Below, piece after piece: positions 9,360-18,415 of a stretch of 21,926 nt of DNA. The stretch is from an uncultured virus (IMG/VR IMGVR_UViG_2636415832_000002). Lineage: Duplodnaviria; Heunggongvirae; Uroviricota; Caudoviricetes. The position numbers and the translations under genes are program-made. Position 1 is the stretch's first letter, and every line of letters starts with the position of its first letter. The notes beneath the pieces were generated by a model that was given only the letters and a program-made list of their open reading frames with translations, had not been told where the DNA came from and searched no databases. The stretch lies in the IMG/VR virus record IMGVR_UViG_2636415832_000002. One strand, given 5' to 3'.

Positions 9360-9803
9360 GTTTCTGCTGACCATCTTTGAGGTCAAAGTTATAAGCTTAA
9401 AGGGCATTTTAATAGGTTAAACTTAGGGGTTTACAGAAGCTATTAGTCGGCAAGAAAGGGTGATTTTCTACGTGGGAAAATGCAGTAATATCAGGGGTTC
9501 ATGGACTTCAGGTATATGAAGTCGTTCATATGTATAATTGGGTATGCCTTAGTGTACCCATTTGTCCTTATGAAACTGAGGGGAAAAGGTACTTAATAGA
9601 TGTATGTGGTAAGTAATCAAATAAAAAATACTCCATTCAAAGTTTAAAGGGATTTGGATAAGAATCAAAATTAATTCCTATTCGGAACTTAATACTGTCA
9701 AAATTGAACTTGAAAAGATTTTTCCTAGAAACCTGCAAGTATCCTATTAAAATATGATTTATTGCCGTTTATAATATTAAAAAGATTTTAGGAGGATTAA
9801 ATA

Positions 9804-10321
9804 ATGTTTATAAAAGATATATTATTTGCATTAAATAACGGTAAAAGTGAAGAGGATTTGGCAAAAGAATTAGGAATGAATTTGACGGTGTTTAAAAATA
9901 AATTAAAGAATGCTGCAATTGAGTTTGAAGATGTGGACAAAAAATGGAACTATTATGGATCAGATGTAGAAAAATCATTAGATAGGGACTTTACCAAAAC
10001 TGTTAAAGTTTTAGGAGTAGATAGAGCATTGTTGATAGCCATAAACAAACAGTAGCTAAGGTTGATAATGCTGAAACGAAGGATTCCGAGTACAAGTTGT
10101 TTAAAGATTATATTAATATGAATAACCAAGAGTTGCTTGCGAAGAAAACCTTCACGCTAACTGAAGAAATATACGATACAATCAAGGGTGTTAGTAAAAA
10201 GAATTCGATGAAAATTAATGTACTAATAAACGTGTTACTGGGGCAAGGATTACGGTTTTATAATATACCGATAGAGGGGGAAACTGCTAATAAAGGCAAA
10301 GGAATCCATTCAGATGAATAA
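9804..10321 (+). pseudogene. Probable single HTH plus ribbon-helix-helix DNA-binding gene split by a 1-nt frameshift near 10029
   Basis: AGGAGG RBS and ATG 9804. The second frame is open from 10025 to 10321 with no clear RBS of its own; adding one base at GCATT (10026-10030) joins the two frames. The C-part KKTFTLTEEIYDTIK..S...MKINVLINVLL is RHH-like. Confidence 0.55.
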
Positions 10322-10332
10322 TAATTTAAATT

Positions 10333-10378
10333 AGGTGTAATGTACAAGTTCGATACGGATTTGTATATTACACCTTTA
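10333..10378 (+). terminator. Long hairpin / terminator
   Basis: AGGTGTAATGTACAAGTTCG-ata-CGGATTTGTATATTACACCT, a 20-bp stem with G-U pairs after the 10321 stop. Confidence 0.7.
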
Positions 10379-10750
10379 TTTATACATAACACAATGAATC
10401 TTTGCTTTCTATTGATTACGGCCAGTGAAATGTACTACCCTTGACATAGTTTTTACCACCGAATGACAAAGAATGCACGATAGAATGACAAACTGTTTAC
10501 CTCTTGCAATCCGTCTTTTGATAAAAATGTAAAACAAAGTTTGAGAATGAAAATGTTTGATTGACCTTCAATAAGTTCAGTCTTCTTCAAACGGTCCAGA
10601 TTAACTCTTGTATTACGTAGTAGACTTATACTGCCAATAAAGTTTGTCATAATTTGTAGGAAAAAGGACAGCAATTTGCTATTATCTGCTATGATTTTAG
10701 TATGAAGATTACTGATAATATGAAGTGAAAAGCGGCGTAGGGGTGAAGTG

Positions 10751-10999
10751 ATGAAACGATTTGTTATACCAATTTTAAAGGAAATCGCAATAGGGCTTTT
10801 AGATGCAAAGAAGGATGAACCTGCGTTTAGCATTAAGTGTTTAAAATGCGGGTGTATTAGAGAATTAGAATATCGTTTTTCTAAAAGATCTGGGGATATA
10901 GAAGTTTTTAATGACGAAGATATTTTAAATGCTGAAGAAAACATTATATCAATTAGATGCAACAAATGTGGAAATAACTTAGATAGCTCAGAATATTAA
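10751..10999 (+). CDS. Small zinc-ribbon protein
   Basis: AGGGGTG RBS; CLKCG...CNKCG paired CxxC motifs; followed by a terminator. Confidence 0.7.
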   Translation: MKRFVIPILKEIAIGLLDAKKDEPAFSIKCLKCGCIRELEYRFSKRSGDIEVFNDEDILNAEENIISIRCNKCGNNLDSSEY

Positions 11000-11065
11000 T
11001 GTACAGTTCAACGATAATATTTATTAGAAAATGATATCCCACAATCCGTGTGATCGTGGAATACC

Positions 11066-11110
11066 AAAAGCATAAATTCTCGGTGTAAATATTGAGGATT
11101 TATGCTTTTT
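11066..11110. terminator. Bidirectional terminator
   Basis: AAAAGCATAAATTCTC pairs with GAGGATTTATGCTTTT. Confidence 0.75.
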
Positions 11111-11790
11111 ACTTCTAATTCGTTGACGTTTTTCTATTGGCAAATACTTTGACAGCAAGTGGTAAATTTTGTGGCAACTGCTGGTAAACAACAAGGCACA
11201 GATGGTGCATTCTTGACTGTAATCATCCTAATGCTTGTGGAAAATATCATCATCCTTCTAAAACATTTTCTAAACATCTGTTCGCCAGAAATATAATAAT
11301 CCATGTAGCTGATCAATAATATGGATTATCAAAGAAGTGTTTCAAAAAAAGAATTTTTGCTAATGCTATTAAAATATAAAAATCTTAATAATATAATATT
11401 TAAGATTTCGCAATAAGGAAGTGAATCCGGATAGGAGATTGTTAATTAATAAATTTATAGACATTTTCTGTTTAGACCTTGCGTAATGCTAAATCGATAA
11501 AACGATGGAAAAACAAGTACAGAATTTAATAACTAATAAACAAGGGAAACCCCCAATGAGCTTGGAAAAGAAGATGCCATATCTTCGTTTTCAGGATTGT
11601 TGGGGGTTGTTTTAATTAAGCCCAGTGGTGAAATGTCAACCATAAAAAACATCAAAATTGGAAATTCCTAAGTGCGAAAGCTTATTCATCGCCACTTTAA
11701 GGCGCACTCAAATAAACCTCACGTTTTCCAACTTAAAAAGTTAAAAAATGGAAGTTACAAATTAACTAAAGAAAAGCGAGAAAGTGTTCG

Positions 11791-13029
11791 TTATTCTCTC
11801 CTTTCTTCTTTGGGCGTGTACAGCTGTTTCGTGCGTAGTAGCGAATGCACGAGCCGTACAAGTTTTCTAGCGGTTAAGACGAGAGCGCGTTTGTGTTGAT
11901 GCTTGGTTACTTCTTGATATTTCTTTTGATAAAAGGCTTTATATTCGGTGTCATGTTTTCGTATGGCGTCTGAAGCTTGTACAAGATAATAGCGTAAATA
12001 CTTATTGCCGGTTCGCATCCGACTGGTGTTTTCAGACTCATATTCACCTGATTGATGCTGTGTCCATACGAAACCTGCGTATTTCGCTAAAGCGTGGTGA
12101 TCATCAAAACGATGGATATCGCCAATCTCTGCGATTAAGCCCGCTGCGTACACGGGACCGATGCCTTTTACTGATGTTAATGTTTGCGGAATACCTTTCA
12201 TCATGCGTTCGATTTCTTTATCTAAACGCTTTACTTGGGTTTCCATGTGCTGAATCGTGCTCAGAATGACTGATAAAGAAAGATTGACGGGATCCGCCAT
12301 CACTTTATCTAAACGATAGGAATTGCGAGCGAGCTGCTTGAGATATTTCGCCATCTCCTCTGGCGCCACAAAACGATTTTTGCCTTTCTCTTGTAGGAAC
12401 TCTACGAGCTCCTCTAAAGGCATATCGGCAATGATACCTGGATCTAGTTCTTCTATCACCGCGACACTTGTCGCACCGAATGTATCGGAGAACGGATTAT
12501 CTTGGCGTAAGCCACTAAATTTTAAGTACAGTTGATTTAACATGTATGTTTTATTACGGGCAATTTCATGGACTAAATGGAAGCGCGTGCGTGTTAATCG
12601 ACGAAGTGCATCGTAAATTAAGGTTTCTTGCATTTCATGTGGCAATCGTCCAAAGCGTAGATGATCCGCAATAACCCAGGCGTCTATTTTGTCGTTTTTC
12701 GGTAACATATCATAGCCCTTCTTAAAACGGGAAACTTTACGTGCGTTGAGCATATAAATCGCTGTTTGAAGATGTGGTACTACTTTCTTACATTGTGCTT
12801 TTAAGTAATGGGCAAGGTGCCAACTATATTGATCCGTGGCTTCCATCCCAATTTTTAATTGATCTGTTTGATTTTTTTCCGCTGTTCGTATAATTTTTTG
12901 AATCAAGGTGTCCGCACCTTCTACATCATTTCGAACAGAAAAATCAGCGAGTGTGTGACCCTCTCCATGCATGAAATGGACATGATGGGAGCGCAAACTC
13001 ACGTCAATACCGACTAGCATTTGTGACAT
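11791..13029 (-). CDS. IS110-family recombinase/transposase
   Basis: DEDD RuvC-like motifs GIDVS, MEAT, KNDKIDA; GIGPVYAAGLIAEIGD, YAG, catalytic QSG, GNKYLR, ARKL. ATG 13029 after AGGAGG. Confidence 0.97.
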   Translation of the reverse strand: MSQMLVGIDVSLRSHHVHFMHGEGHTLADFSVRNDVEGADTLIQKIIRTAEKNQTDQLKIGMEATDQYSWHLAHYLKAQCKKVVPHLQTAIYMLNARKVSRFKKGYDMLPKNDKIDAWVIADHLRFGRLPHEMQETLIYDALRRLTRTRFHLVHEIARNKTYMLNQLYLKFSGLRQDNPFSDTFGATSVAVIEELDPGIIADMPLEELVEFLQEKGKNRFVAPEEMAKYLKQLARNSYRLDKVMADPVNLSLSVILSTIQHMETQVKRLDKEIERMMKGIPQTLTSVKGIGPVYAAGLIAEIGDIHRFDDHHALAKYAGFVWTQHQSGEYESENTSRMRTGNKYLRYYLVQASDAIRKHDTEYKAFYQKKYQEVTKHQHKRALVLTARKLVRLVHSLLRTKQLYTPKEERRE

Positions 13030-13044
13030 GCCAATCACCTCCTA

Positions 13045-13625
13045 AAGGGGGAATTAATCAAGATACACGCAGACCTGGGTGCCCAGTCGAATCATCGATG
13101 TCTGCCTCGTGATGAGCAATCGCATGGAGAAGACCATAATTGAGCGCTACACTCTCTTCAATCATTGCGTCGCAGCCAGTGGTTAGACCTTCCATAATGA
13201 ACGATGGGTAGCAGGCTTATGAAGCAGTACACATGCGTGTCCGCAAGGAGGAAAAGCTATTTCCTGCGAATACCTTGTCCGTTCCATTGTCTCATGGGCA
13301 CAGTCTGAGTGAAATAAAAGTTGTCATAAAAAAGGACGAAGTACTGAAATGGAGCCTCCTCCATCCTTCGCCCTTGTGCTATAAAATTGGGTTAAAAAAG
13401 TGTATGACAAATAAACAGGCAAGCACCTGTGAGCAATACTTTAAGAAAAGATGATAAATAATGAAAATAGTGATTTCCTTTTGGCTCCCTCGGTCAAACC
13501 AGGGGCAAACAGGTAAAACATAAAACAGGAGTGAGGGAGCCAATTGGCGACCACTTCCTATAGGAAATCCAACAGATCCTCCAGCTGTCCGGATCAACTG
13601 GAAATTCTATCGGAAAGAGCTCTTA
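13045..13625 (-). ncRNA. Putative IS110 bridge RNA within the long upstream non-coding end
   Basis: About 600 nt non-coding end downstream of the junction promoter, containing segments that match the reconstructed target and donor sites. RNA boundaries not determined. Confidence 0.55.
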
Positions 13626-13651
13626 CTACTAATATACGAGGAGGAATATTA

Positions 13652-15466
13652 ATGGAGAAATCAAACTCTATAGAAAGAAAAAAGACAAGTATAGAAAATA
13701 GTATTGGGTTGTATTGCGAGCTGCTGATGGCCCTTAATACTGATTCGAATATACTAATAAATAATAAAGAAAACTATTACTACTTGGAGGGTAAAGGGAA
13801 TAATGGTGATTCTAGGGAAGATCCGTTATCAAACTTCATTATCGAACCGCTTTATTTTACCAAAAGTAAGAAGGGCATAACTAAGTTTATATTAAAGTTT
13901 ATCTCTAACAATCATTCAAAAGTAGTTGAGCTAGATGGTGAAACCTTAGCGATTAATCATTCCTTTAAGAAATTTTGTATAAATCAAGGCAAATTTAATT
14001 GGAAAGGTAAGCAGCATCATTTAGACGATTTAATCGATTTTATTATGGTTGGGGCCTCAAAAGAAATCACTATGATACCATATATAGGCTGGAATTCAAA
14101 AGAGAAAATTTGGATTTTCCCTACCCATGCATACTCTCAAGGAAATGTTTACTTTCCTAATAATGATGGGGTTTTTGAAATTGACAACAGTTATTTCAAG
14201 CTAGAGGTAGATAAGGATGATGAATATTTTATCCAACCGCATATTTCAACTGAACCATCTAAGAAGGAAATTGTTGAATACTTTAGAGATTTGAAAATGC
14301 TGTATAAGGATTATTCATATCTAGGTTTTGGATATATAGCAAGTTCATTTCATGTTGACGCTATTACTGAAAAAACGGACTTTTTCCCATTTTTATATAC
14401 TCACGGGAAAGCTGGACATGGAAAAAGCGCATTTATTAATATTATCTCTAAATTTTCGGGGATGAAGGTATCACTAACAAATCCTCCATCTTTAGATGGA
14501 TTAAGAAAAGGTATTAGTGGAAAAGCAAGTCTTCCGTTTATTATCGATGAAGCAGAAGATAAAAATGATAGGTCGCGTGGGAGAGATTTCTTTAAATATT
14601 TGTCCGATACTATAAAGGTTATTTACATGCGTTCTATATTAAAAAGAGGACATAAAGATGAAGAAAGATTGGTTTATTATCCGATAAGAGGTACGTTATT
14701 TTTAGGTGGAGAGGTGTTGACTAGTGTTGCATCAATCATACAACGTTCCATTCTTATTGATTCTTCCAAAATTACTAAGAATGAAGATGTATATAAGAAA
14801 GTTAAGGACAGTCAAATGCCTTTTTGGATAGGTCAATTTCTTATGCGAACTTCTCATGTATGGCAATCATATTTTTTAGACTTATATGATGAAATTACAG
14901 CTTATTTTATTAAACAGGGGTGGACAAATATCGATGTCCGTATACGCTGCAACTATGCTATATTCTTAGCTGGTGCTTTAGCTGCCATTAAACATTTGAA
15001 TAATTATTTTGAAATGGAGCTAATTTCGGAAGATGAGTTGAAAACTATATATCTTTTTATATATGAAGAAATGAAGGAAACAAAAAGAATGACGGAAAGT
15101 GATCATCCGTCAATGCAATTCTTAATGAAAATTGGATTACTTGCGAATAAAGGTGTTTTAAGTAAAGACATTGATTATAAGTGTATCAAGCAGAAGGATG
15201 GCCATGTTTATTTGTATTTAGCTCCTTCTAACGTCATAGAAGCATACAAGAGTAATGAAAAAACTCCGTTTTATACAACGAGCCATAAAGCAATTAAAGA
15301 CCTTCAAAATCAATCATTTTTTTGGGGGACTCGAAAACTTCGTATTGGACAAAGTCAGCCTACTGCATGGATTATACAGCTTACTCACCCTAATAACCCA
15401 GAGTTAATTAAGGAGGGGATAATACATCCCGATCTACCGGATACAATGGTTTATTTTTATAATTAA
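13652..15466 (+). CDS. P-loop NTPase, probable mobile-element replication helicase/initiator (primase-associated helicase-like)
   Basis: True ATG at 13652 after AGGAGG. Walker A GKAGHGKS, Walker B IIDEAE, IIQRS arginine-finger-like motif; 604 aa; followed by a repeat-rich AT-rich region. Confidence 0.7.
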   Translation: MEKSNSIERKKTSIENSIGLYCELLMALNTDSNILINNKENYYYLEGKGNNGDSREDPLSNFIIEPLYFTKSKKGITKFILKFISNNHSKVVELDGETLAINHSFKKFCINQGKFNWKGKQHHLDDLIDFIMVGASKEITMIPYIGWNSKEKIWIFPTHAYSQGNVYFPNNDGVFEIDNSYFKLEVDKDDEYFIQPHISTEPSKKEIVEYFRDLKMLYKDYSYLGFGYIASSFHVDAITEKTDFFPFLYTHGKAGHGKSAFINIISKFSGMKVSLTNPPSLDGLRKGISGKASLPFIIDEAEDKNDRSRGRDFFKYLSDTIKVIYMRSILKRGHKDEERLVYYPIRGTLFLGGEVLTSVASIIQRSILIDSSKITKNEDVYKKVKDSQMPFWIGQFLMRTSHVWQSYFLDLYDEITAYFIKQGWTNIDVRIRCNYAIFLAGALAAIKHLNNYFEMELISEDELKTIYLFIYEEMKETKRMTESDHPSMQFLMKIGLLANKGVLSKDIDYKCIKQKDGHVYLYLAPSNVIEAYKSNEKTPFYTTSHKAIKDLQNQSFFWGTRKLRIGQSQPTAWIIQLTHPNNPELIKEGIIHPDLPDTMVYFYN

Positions 15467-15483
15467 TCCGTGTAGCTTAGTCT

Positions 15484-15760
15484 TGTTCCAAAAATTCAAG
15501 AACAATTGGAACAAAAGAATTTCAGCAATATCAAGGTTTCCGAAGGCATTGTTCTATTGCTCCCAAAATTTTTGTTTAGTGCTTCCGTATATATTAGCTT
15601 TATTTAAAAGGCAAATAGTTAAATTTTTGCTTAATATTAAATAAACTATTGGAAGTTTGGAACAAAATTAATAAAAAGTAATAAAACCCTAATAACACGT
15701 GGGTTTACGGTTATTTATTATGTTCTAAATACGATTAAAATTCGGAACATAATTGGAACA
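15484..15760. repeat. Iteron-like (G/A)GAACA repeat cluster, candidate origin of replication
   Basis: GGAACA at 15508, 15659, 15744 and 15755; AGAACA at 15499; inverted TGTTCC/TGTTCT at 15484, 15550 and 15721; these flank an AT-rich core at ~15590-15650. Confidence 0.55.
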
Positions 15761-15956
15761 TTTAGTGTTTCGATTGGATCTGCCGAAGTTGATGCATGAT
15801 CGTTCGGTTTTTCAAAGTAATGGGATAACGTGAATGTGTTTACAAGTCATCTCTTATGAACCTTCGGAAATTAGAAACTAACGTAAATAATTTTTTATAT
15901 GGTATTAAAATACAGTTTTATTTGATCTAAACTGATTTTATATTAATAAAAAAAGG

Positions 15957-16018
15957 GAAAGCCCCATCAAATAAATGTACGATTTCAAAATGTGCGTATT
16001 TATTTGATGGGGTTTTTC
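15957..16018. terminator. Long hairpin, probable bidirectional terminator
   Basis: GAAAGCCCCATCAAATAAAT pairs with ATTTATTTGATGGGGTTTTT. Confidence 0.75.
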
Positions 16019-16041
16019 TATTAAACAATTAATTTTGAAAG

Positions 16042-16548
16042 GTGGAAATCAGGGTGTTTAGTGAAAAATACTCTTTATATTTTATTGATGAGTGTCATGA
16101 AGGAAACTACGAAAAAATGTTAAAAGATTTTCGGTCAGCAGAACAATTGAGCGATTATCGTTGTGCGATTTATATTGTTTCTCTACCGGAAATTTATAGC
16201 AGAATTGAAGGGATCGCAGGTGGTGAACAACCTCATGAATGGGTTTATGCTGTGAAAGGGGAATATATAGAAATGTATGATGAAGAAACTGATGAAGAAT
16301 ATCTAGAGTACTATTTTAACATATTACGGGAAAAGGATGGTTCCCCTGATTACAGCGATGCATATTATTCCTTGCCTTCGTCGTACAAGTTATTAGTTAA
16401 TATCGTAGAAGAGCTAGTTACTTATAGACATAGGGCATTTCGAATCATGGATGCTATTACAGACTTTGATGATAGCCTTTTTGAAGTATTGATTCAAGCA
16501 TTAAAAATACGGAGGGAAAAAGACGCTGAGTTGTTCCCAAATCTATAA
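16042..16548 (+). CDS. Acidic hypothetical protein of mobile elements
   Basis: 168-aa ORF with protein-like composition; start uncertain; no family recognised with confidence. Confidence 0.65.
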   Translation: MEIRVFSEKYSLYFIDECHEGNYEKMLKDFRSAEQLSDYRCAIYIVSLPEIYSRIEGIAGGEQPHEWVYAVKGEYIEMYDEETDEEYLEYYFNILREKDGSPDYSDAYYSLPSSYKLLVNIVEELVTYRHRAFRIMDAITDFDDSLFEVLIQALKIRREKDAELFPNL

Positions 16549-16683
16549 TAAATTAATACTAATTTTGGATCTGTAAATAAGTTCATTATCCCAATTTTTG
16601 ATCTTTCTTTTAACGGGAACCAACTATAATAATGTATAAGGATAAAGTATGTAGCCTAAAAATATTTTATAAGATAAAAAGGT

Positions 16684-16929
16684 GTGATGGATATGACTAC
16701 AGATTTGGCAGCTTCCATAGTAAAAGCCATTTCTTATGCTCGATATGGCTTAGAACAGTATTTTCGTGGTTTAAATCCTAAGATACAAGTTGAGAAATAT
16801 GAAAGTAGGATTGAAATTGTATCAAAAAAACTTCATGAAGGTGGTCTTATTGAAAAACAGTATCAGCCATTAAAGGTCAATGAAATGAGTTTCGCTGAGA
16901 TAGTGAAACGATCCTCTTATTATTTATGA
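16684..16929 (+). CDS. Hypothetical protein, possibly truncated by a frameshift
   Basis: AAGGTG RBS and TATAAT at 16625. An overlapping frame continues to 16991 (MRRVILLLWVEEEINNRKAEM). Confidence 0.5.
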   Translation: MMDMTTDLAASIVKAISYARYGLEQYFRGLNPKIQVEKYESRIEIVSKKLHEGGLIEKQYQPLKVNEMSFAEIVKRSSYYL

Positions 16930-17030
16930 GAAGAGTGATTTTATTACTATGGGTAGAAGAAGAAATCAATAATCGAAAAGCTGAAATGTAATCTTCATAA
17001 GCGCTTAAATCATTGATAATGCTCCTTAGC

Positions 17031-17065
17031 AAAAAGAGAAGCACATATGTATGGGCTTCTTTTTT
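17031..17065. terminator. Bidirectional terminator between convergent genes
   Basis: AGAAGC.CATA / TATG.GCTTCT stem flanked by A and T tracts. Confidence 0.65.
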
Positions 17066-17134
17066 CTGGGTATAAATTGTCACCAGCGATTCTATTTCAA
17101 AATTACTTAATGTATCTAGATGGCCCTTAGAGCT

Positions 17135-17884
17135 TTAGCAGTCCTCTTCAAGTCTTTTTAAAGCTCTAGCATAGGCTGCATTTCGCTCCTTTTCTTCCCA
17201 ATCAAGATTTTGAAGTATACGTTGCCAATAAATATTCCCTTTATCGGCGTAAGACTTTGCTGTCTCCCGCCATAAAAAAGCTTCTGCCTCTTCTAAAACG
17301 ATAAATGATCTGCTTTGAATTTTGAAATGGGGCATACCCTCTTCTTTTATTAAATTGTATATCGTGGCAGGACTTGATCTGAAATACTCGGCAGCTTCTT
17401 TTACTGTTAACACTGTTCTTCCATAGTAACGTGTTTTTTCTTTTTTTGCTTCCGCATATAAATCCTTAGAAAATTTATCAAGTTCCTCTCTTATTATTTC
17501 CCTTAGTATATCTTCAATCATTTTTGAATCCTCCTTGTTCTTTTCAAAAGCTAGAATTTCAGATTGTACTTTCGCAACAGCCCATTTGTCTTCTGGATCC
17601 GACCAGCCCAATTCTTTGTATTCAGAAACTGTATCCTTAATCGCATTTTCATCGAAGACTATTCTTCCTTTTATTTTTAAATGCGGCATTGCCCTTGAGT
17701 ATGTTAATTGCCGCAATACAGAGGAACCGATTCCAGTGGAACTTACAGCTTCTTTCATTGTTATAAACCTTTTTGAAGTAGTTTTTTTCATTTGGGACAA
17801 ATGGTTTCTAAGCATGAGCATTTCTTCATGAATGATTTTGATTATTAAGGATTCAAAAGAGTAGCTATTCTCCTTATTTTCCAT
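17135..17884 (-). CDS. Protein with two excisionase-like (HTH_17/MerR-like) DNA-binding domains
   Basis: ITMKEAVSSTGIG...MPHLKIKGRIVF and LTVKEAAEYFRSSPATIYNLIKEEGMPHFKIQSRSFI; GAGGTG RBS. Confidence 0.85.
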   Translation of the reverse strand: MENKENSYSFESLIIKIIHEEMLMLRNHLSQMKKTTSKRFITMKEAVSSTGIGSSVLRQLTYSRAMPHLKIKGRIVFDENAIKDTVSEYKELGWSDPEDKWAVAKVQSEILAFEKNKEDSKMIEDILREIIREELDKFSKDLYAEAKKEKTRYYGRTVLTVKEAAEYFRSSPATIYNLIKEEGMPHFKIQSRSFIVLEEAEAFLWRETAKSYADKGNIYWQRILQNLDWEEKERNAAYARALKRLEEDC

Positions 17885-18087
17885 AGTTCACCTCTTAATT
17901 TAGAATATTATGTATAAATTATAAATCAAATTATAGAGCATTAGTTCTCGGTGTGTGGTTAGTTTGATATGTGCTGTATAATATAAATAGATTATATGGT
18001 AAATTTTAACTAGGTAAAATAAATTCTACTTGGGATTCAGAACCCAGTTCATAAAAGTATTTATAAAGCAAATTTAAATATTAATAA

Positions 18088-18264
18088 GGAGCTGATGAGA
18101 AGAATCTAGACCCTTTTTATGACGAATTGGAAGAATCATTGAAGAAGGAACTCCCCACATTACTTAATGGCGTTAATGCTTTAGATATTGGTTGTGGTAG
18201 GAGATGGTTTTCAAGATACTTTAATAACGATATTAATTTAAGTGTTCTTAGCTTCTTGGCATAG
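18088..18264 (+). pseudogene. Fragment of a class I SAM-dependent methyltransferase
   Basis: Short frame encoding NALDIGCGRRWFSRYF (motif I at 18181-18198), bounded by stops and with no clear start. Confidence 0.55.
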
Positions 18265-18400
18265 ACAAGAGCAGGGAAAACATCGAATTTTGCTTATCTA
18301 ATGCCCAAAGTTCTAATCTTAATTTTGAGGTAAGGGTTTATCACTAATGACCAACTATCAATAAAAAGTAGATAAATGCATTTTTTAAATCCTATTGTTA

Positions 18401-18409
18401 TGGTAACAT
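18401..18409 (+). promoter_or_regulatory. Candidate extended -10 promoter for the ncRNA-RT transcript
   Basis: TG-G-TAACAT; would put +1 near 18416, just before the first hairpin. No good -35. Confidence 0.35.
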
Positions 18410-18415
18410 TTTATA

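Larger units (their letters stand above)
11619..13640 (-). mobile_element. Complete IS110-family insertion sequence, ~2.0 kb, CT core
   Basis: AG (CT on the minus strand) at both 11619-11620 and 13639-13640. Joining the ends gives TTGACA-17-TATATT; removing the element restores TAAGGAGG-7 nt-ATG. Visibly more GC-rich than the flanks; no terminal inverted repeats seen. Confidence 0.88.

Noticed and set aside
10453..13597. ORFs 10453-10965(-), 11134-11316(-), 11672-11899, 12060-12269, 12323-12535, 13233-13454 and 13379-13597(-)
   Set aside because: No motifs or convincing RBS; most overlap better-supported genes or IS ends.
13544..13651. N-terminal extension of the ATPase ORF
   Set aside because: Most of it lies inside the IS110 end; the RBS supports ATG 13652.
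15484..15760. CRISPR array
   Set aside because: The repeats are 6-8 nt, irregularly spaced and in both orientations; no cas genes are present.
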